Positions 61,366 to 64,000 of a DNA stretch of 64,000 nucleotides are shown here, piece by piece. The stretch comes from Okamejei kenojei. Taxonomy: Eukaryota. The stretch's first letter is position 1. Each line of letters opens with the position of its first letter. A program made the translations under genes and the position numbers. The DNA is taken from NCBI GenBank assembly GCA_035221665.1, contig CM069141.1, positions 46,934,001 to 46,998,000 on the forward strand, given 5' to 3'. The notes under the pieces are model-generated. The model had not been told where the DNA came from. It did not search any database and saw nothing but the letters and a program-made list of their open reading frames with translations.

Positions 61366-61980
61366 ACAGAAACTATGCCCAGGCGCAAGACAAAAGAGCC
61401 GTCGATTCAATTCACCGTTCCGATGTTCCCAATTGTGTCTAGAAGTATCTAAGGCAGACCAATGTAGCACCCCATTGTTGCCGCCATGCTTTCCCCATTA
61501 ACGAACGAGAGCGCACCATGGTCATCAATACTTGTTTTTTTTTTTAGGGTCCTGCTTTACGCATTTACTTATCCGGTTTACCTCAGTCCCGTTAAAATGT
61601 CCGCAGAAATATACATCCTTTTATAGCATCTCGAACTATTTGACTTAACCATTACACCCATTCAATCCCAGAATCCATTAATTTATGGTTGACAGCACGT
61701 GTGTGATGGAACACAATTGAAGTTTTTAACTAACATGACATGTTTCTCAAACTAGAATGTATTGACGAAATATGAATAAAAAATCATAAACTTCGAGTGA
61801 AAAACGGGCCCGTTTTAACATTTCTAAATGCCACTGTTAAACACAACTGGTATGATTTTTTGAGGCTATATACTAAAAATAAAATTGACGCGGGGAATAT
61901 ACGTTTCATGCCTATACAGCAGTAAGCATTTAGGAATACTGTACAGCTTTAAGAATGAAAACCTGCAGTTTGTCGAAAAA

Positions 61981-62006
61981 AACTGGTTGTGTCGCTGTCT
62001 ACCAAT
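61981..62006 (+). promoter_or_regulatory. Pcdh promoter CSE (CGCT box) + CCAAT, unit 6
   Basis: AACTGGTTGTGTCGCTGTCTACCAAT (one change); CGCT at 61993-61996. Confidence 0.85.
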
Positions 62007-62249
62007 GGGAAGCTGAAGTCCACAGATGGATCCATTGCCCCCCTCCTCCATCCCCGAATAAAACGTCGGATCCGAAGAGGAAGGCGAGCAGTCTCTGCAA
62101 TTTATCGCGTTATCAAGCTGCAGAGGATATATTCTCTGTCTTTTTCGACTCGGCAATTAGAATATATATGTTTCTATTTCGTGGAAAGAACAGTTTTACC
62201 GATTAGTCGAGGATTGGCTTGGTTTTCAGCATTAATCGAATGCGGAACA

Positions 62250-64000
62250 ATGGCGTATCTACCGAGGTTTCCATTCAACATGTTTACAATTCATGTTTCT
62301 GATAAAAAAAATTATGTGCACCGGATATAATTTTACGGGCAAATTCGTTATTCTATTCCCGAGGAAATGGAGGAAGGGGCATTTGTTGGGAATATTGCTC
62401 AAGATCTGGGACTGAATGTACGGCAATTGTCAGCTCGCAAATTTCGATTGAGCTCCGATGACGGAGGGCGCTACCTGAAGGTTAGTTTGGACAATGGAAT
62501 ATTATCTATTCGTGAAAGAATCGATAGAGAACGTATCTGTAGACAAGCCGAAATGTGTACCGTGTCTTTTAAAACAACACTGGAAAATCCCTTGAAGGTG
62601 TACCGCGGGGAATTAGAGATTCTTGATGTCAATGATAATTCCCCCGGTTTCAGAGATGGTAGCATCGCCTTACAGATATCGGAAGCGAGTGCACCGGGGT
62701 ACGCTTCCGTTTTCGAGAGGGCGGAAGATCCCGATATTGGAATCAATACCGTCGCCGCCTACACGATCAGTTTCACCGAGTACTTTAGTATAAAAACACG
62801 CAGAACTGCGAACGATGTTCTCATACCAGAGTTGCTGTTAGATAAACCTTTGGACCGAGAGCTGCAATCTTCTTTTCAGCTCTTGCTTACAGTGACAGAC
62901 GGTGGGACTCCTCAGAGATCAGGGACAGCTCAGATTCTCGTTACTGTTTTGGACATTAATGATAATGCGCCAGCGTTTGATACTGACATCTATCGGGTCA
63001 GCGTAAGCGAGGACGCGCCACATGGTACCTTGGTGATGAAGGTCAAATCAAATGATTTGGACGAAGGTCTGAATGCTGAGATAACATATAGTTTTAGTGA
63101 TGTTGATTTGCGACGAACGCGTAATGTATTCAGTTTAGATCCAGACAGTGGGGAAGTTCGAGTCGATGGGCCCTTGGATTTTGAAGAAGCAAACAGCTAT
63201 TCCCTTGATGTTCAAGCTGTGGACCACGGTTCACCTGCAATGACAGGACATTCTAACGTGCTGATCAATGTAATCGACGTGAACGATAACGCACCGGAGA
63301 TTAAAGTGCCATCAGCTTCCAACAAAATCCCGGAAAATGCTCCACCAGGAACATTCATAACGTTTATCGATGTTATCGATCGTGATTCTGGAGAGAACGG
63401 TCAAGTCCGCTGTTTGTTACCCAAGAACCTTCCCTTCAGACTACAAACAGCATCGTAACATTATACCTTGGTTTACCAGTGAAACGTTGGACCGTGAAGT
63501 GATTTCTCAGTAATAAATTACTATTTCGGGCATGGGACTTGGGATCGCCTTCACTGTCGTCAAATAAAACCATCCATATTGCAATAACCGATGTAAACGA
63601 TAATGCCCCGCGGTTTCTGAATCATCCTACAGCGTATATGTGATGGAGAATAACGCTCCGGGTGCATCCATTTTCGCAGTAACAGCACAAGATCTTGATC
63701 TGGAGCAGGAATTCCTATATTCCTATTCTTTTGTGGACAATTACATCCAAAACCTACCAGTGTCTACTTACCTGACTATTAACTCCAAATGAATGGTACC
63801 ATTAATATGTTGCGTTGTTTTGACTATGAGGAACTCAAGCAGTTCCAGATCCTTGTACTAGCGCGTGATGCGGGGTTGCCTCCGCTTAGCAAGCAGCGCC
63901 ACTGTGAATGTGCATCCTCGATCAAAATGATAAACTCGCCGGTACTTGTTTTTCACCTTCAGAACAAAGTGGATCAGCAGCAGAGAGGGCCTTCCCCGAT
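62250..64000 (+). CDS. Clustered protocadherin, unit 6, partial (EC1 to start of EC6; apparent frameshifts, possibly sequencing errors)
   Basis: Intact promoter element and ACAATGG start at 62250. Open EC1-EC4 frame 62367..63458. Frame breaks lie in an A-run in the signal region and as scattered 1-bp indels after 63450, within a generally noisy part of the assembly. Could instead be a pseudogene. Confidence 0.7.

Overview
Vertebrate genomic DNA, most likely a cartilaginous fish (inferred from HE1/V-SINE-like, CR1/HER1-like and Penelope-like repeats). It covers part of a clustered protocadherin (Pcdh) locus. Six tandem, same-strand (+) large Pcdh exons encode signal peptide, six cadherin repeats, TM and a short tail. 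Three are intact (1972-4362, 7308-9686, 19790-22174) and two are pseudogenes (~15380-16915; ~33070-40124, split by a Gypsy element). The sixth runs off the window end (62250->64000) with probable sequencing frameshifts. The three intact genes and the sixth carry a conserved CGCT-box/CCAAT promoter element ~257 bp upstream of the ATG; both pseudogenes have lost it. The intact exons end in their own stop codon with no conserved splice donor. Intergenic DNA is full of nested transposons: CsRn1-like and Mag-like Gypsy LTR elements, CR1- and Rex1-like LINEs, V-SINEs, Penelope-like elements with hammerhead-like motifs, a 5.1 kb hAT-type element and a ~1 kb TIR element. There are two N gaps, and ~47.1-64 kb looks like error-rich, poorly polished assembly, including a rearranged second copy of the fifth Pcdh unit. 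All alignments were made by eye; coordinates of degraded repeats are approximate.
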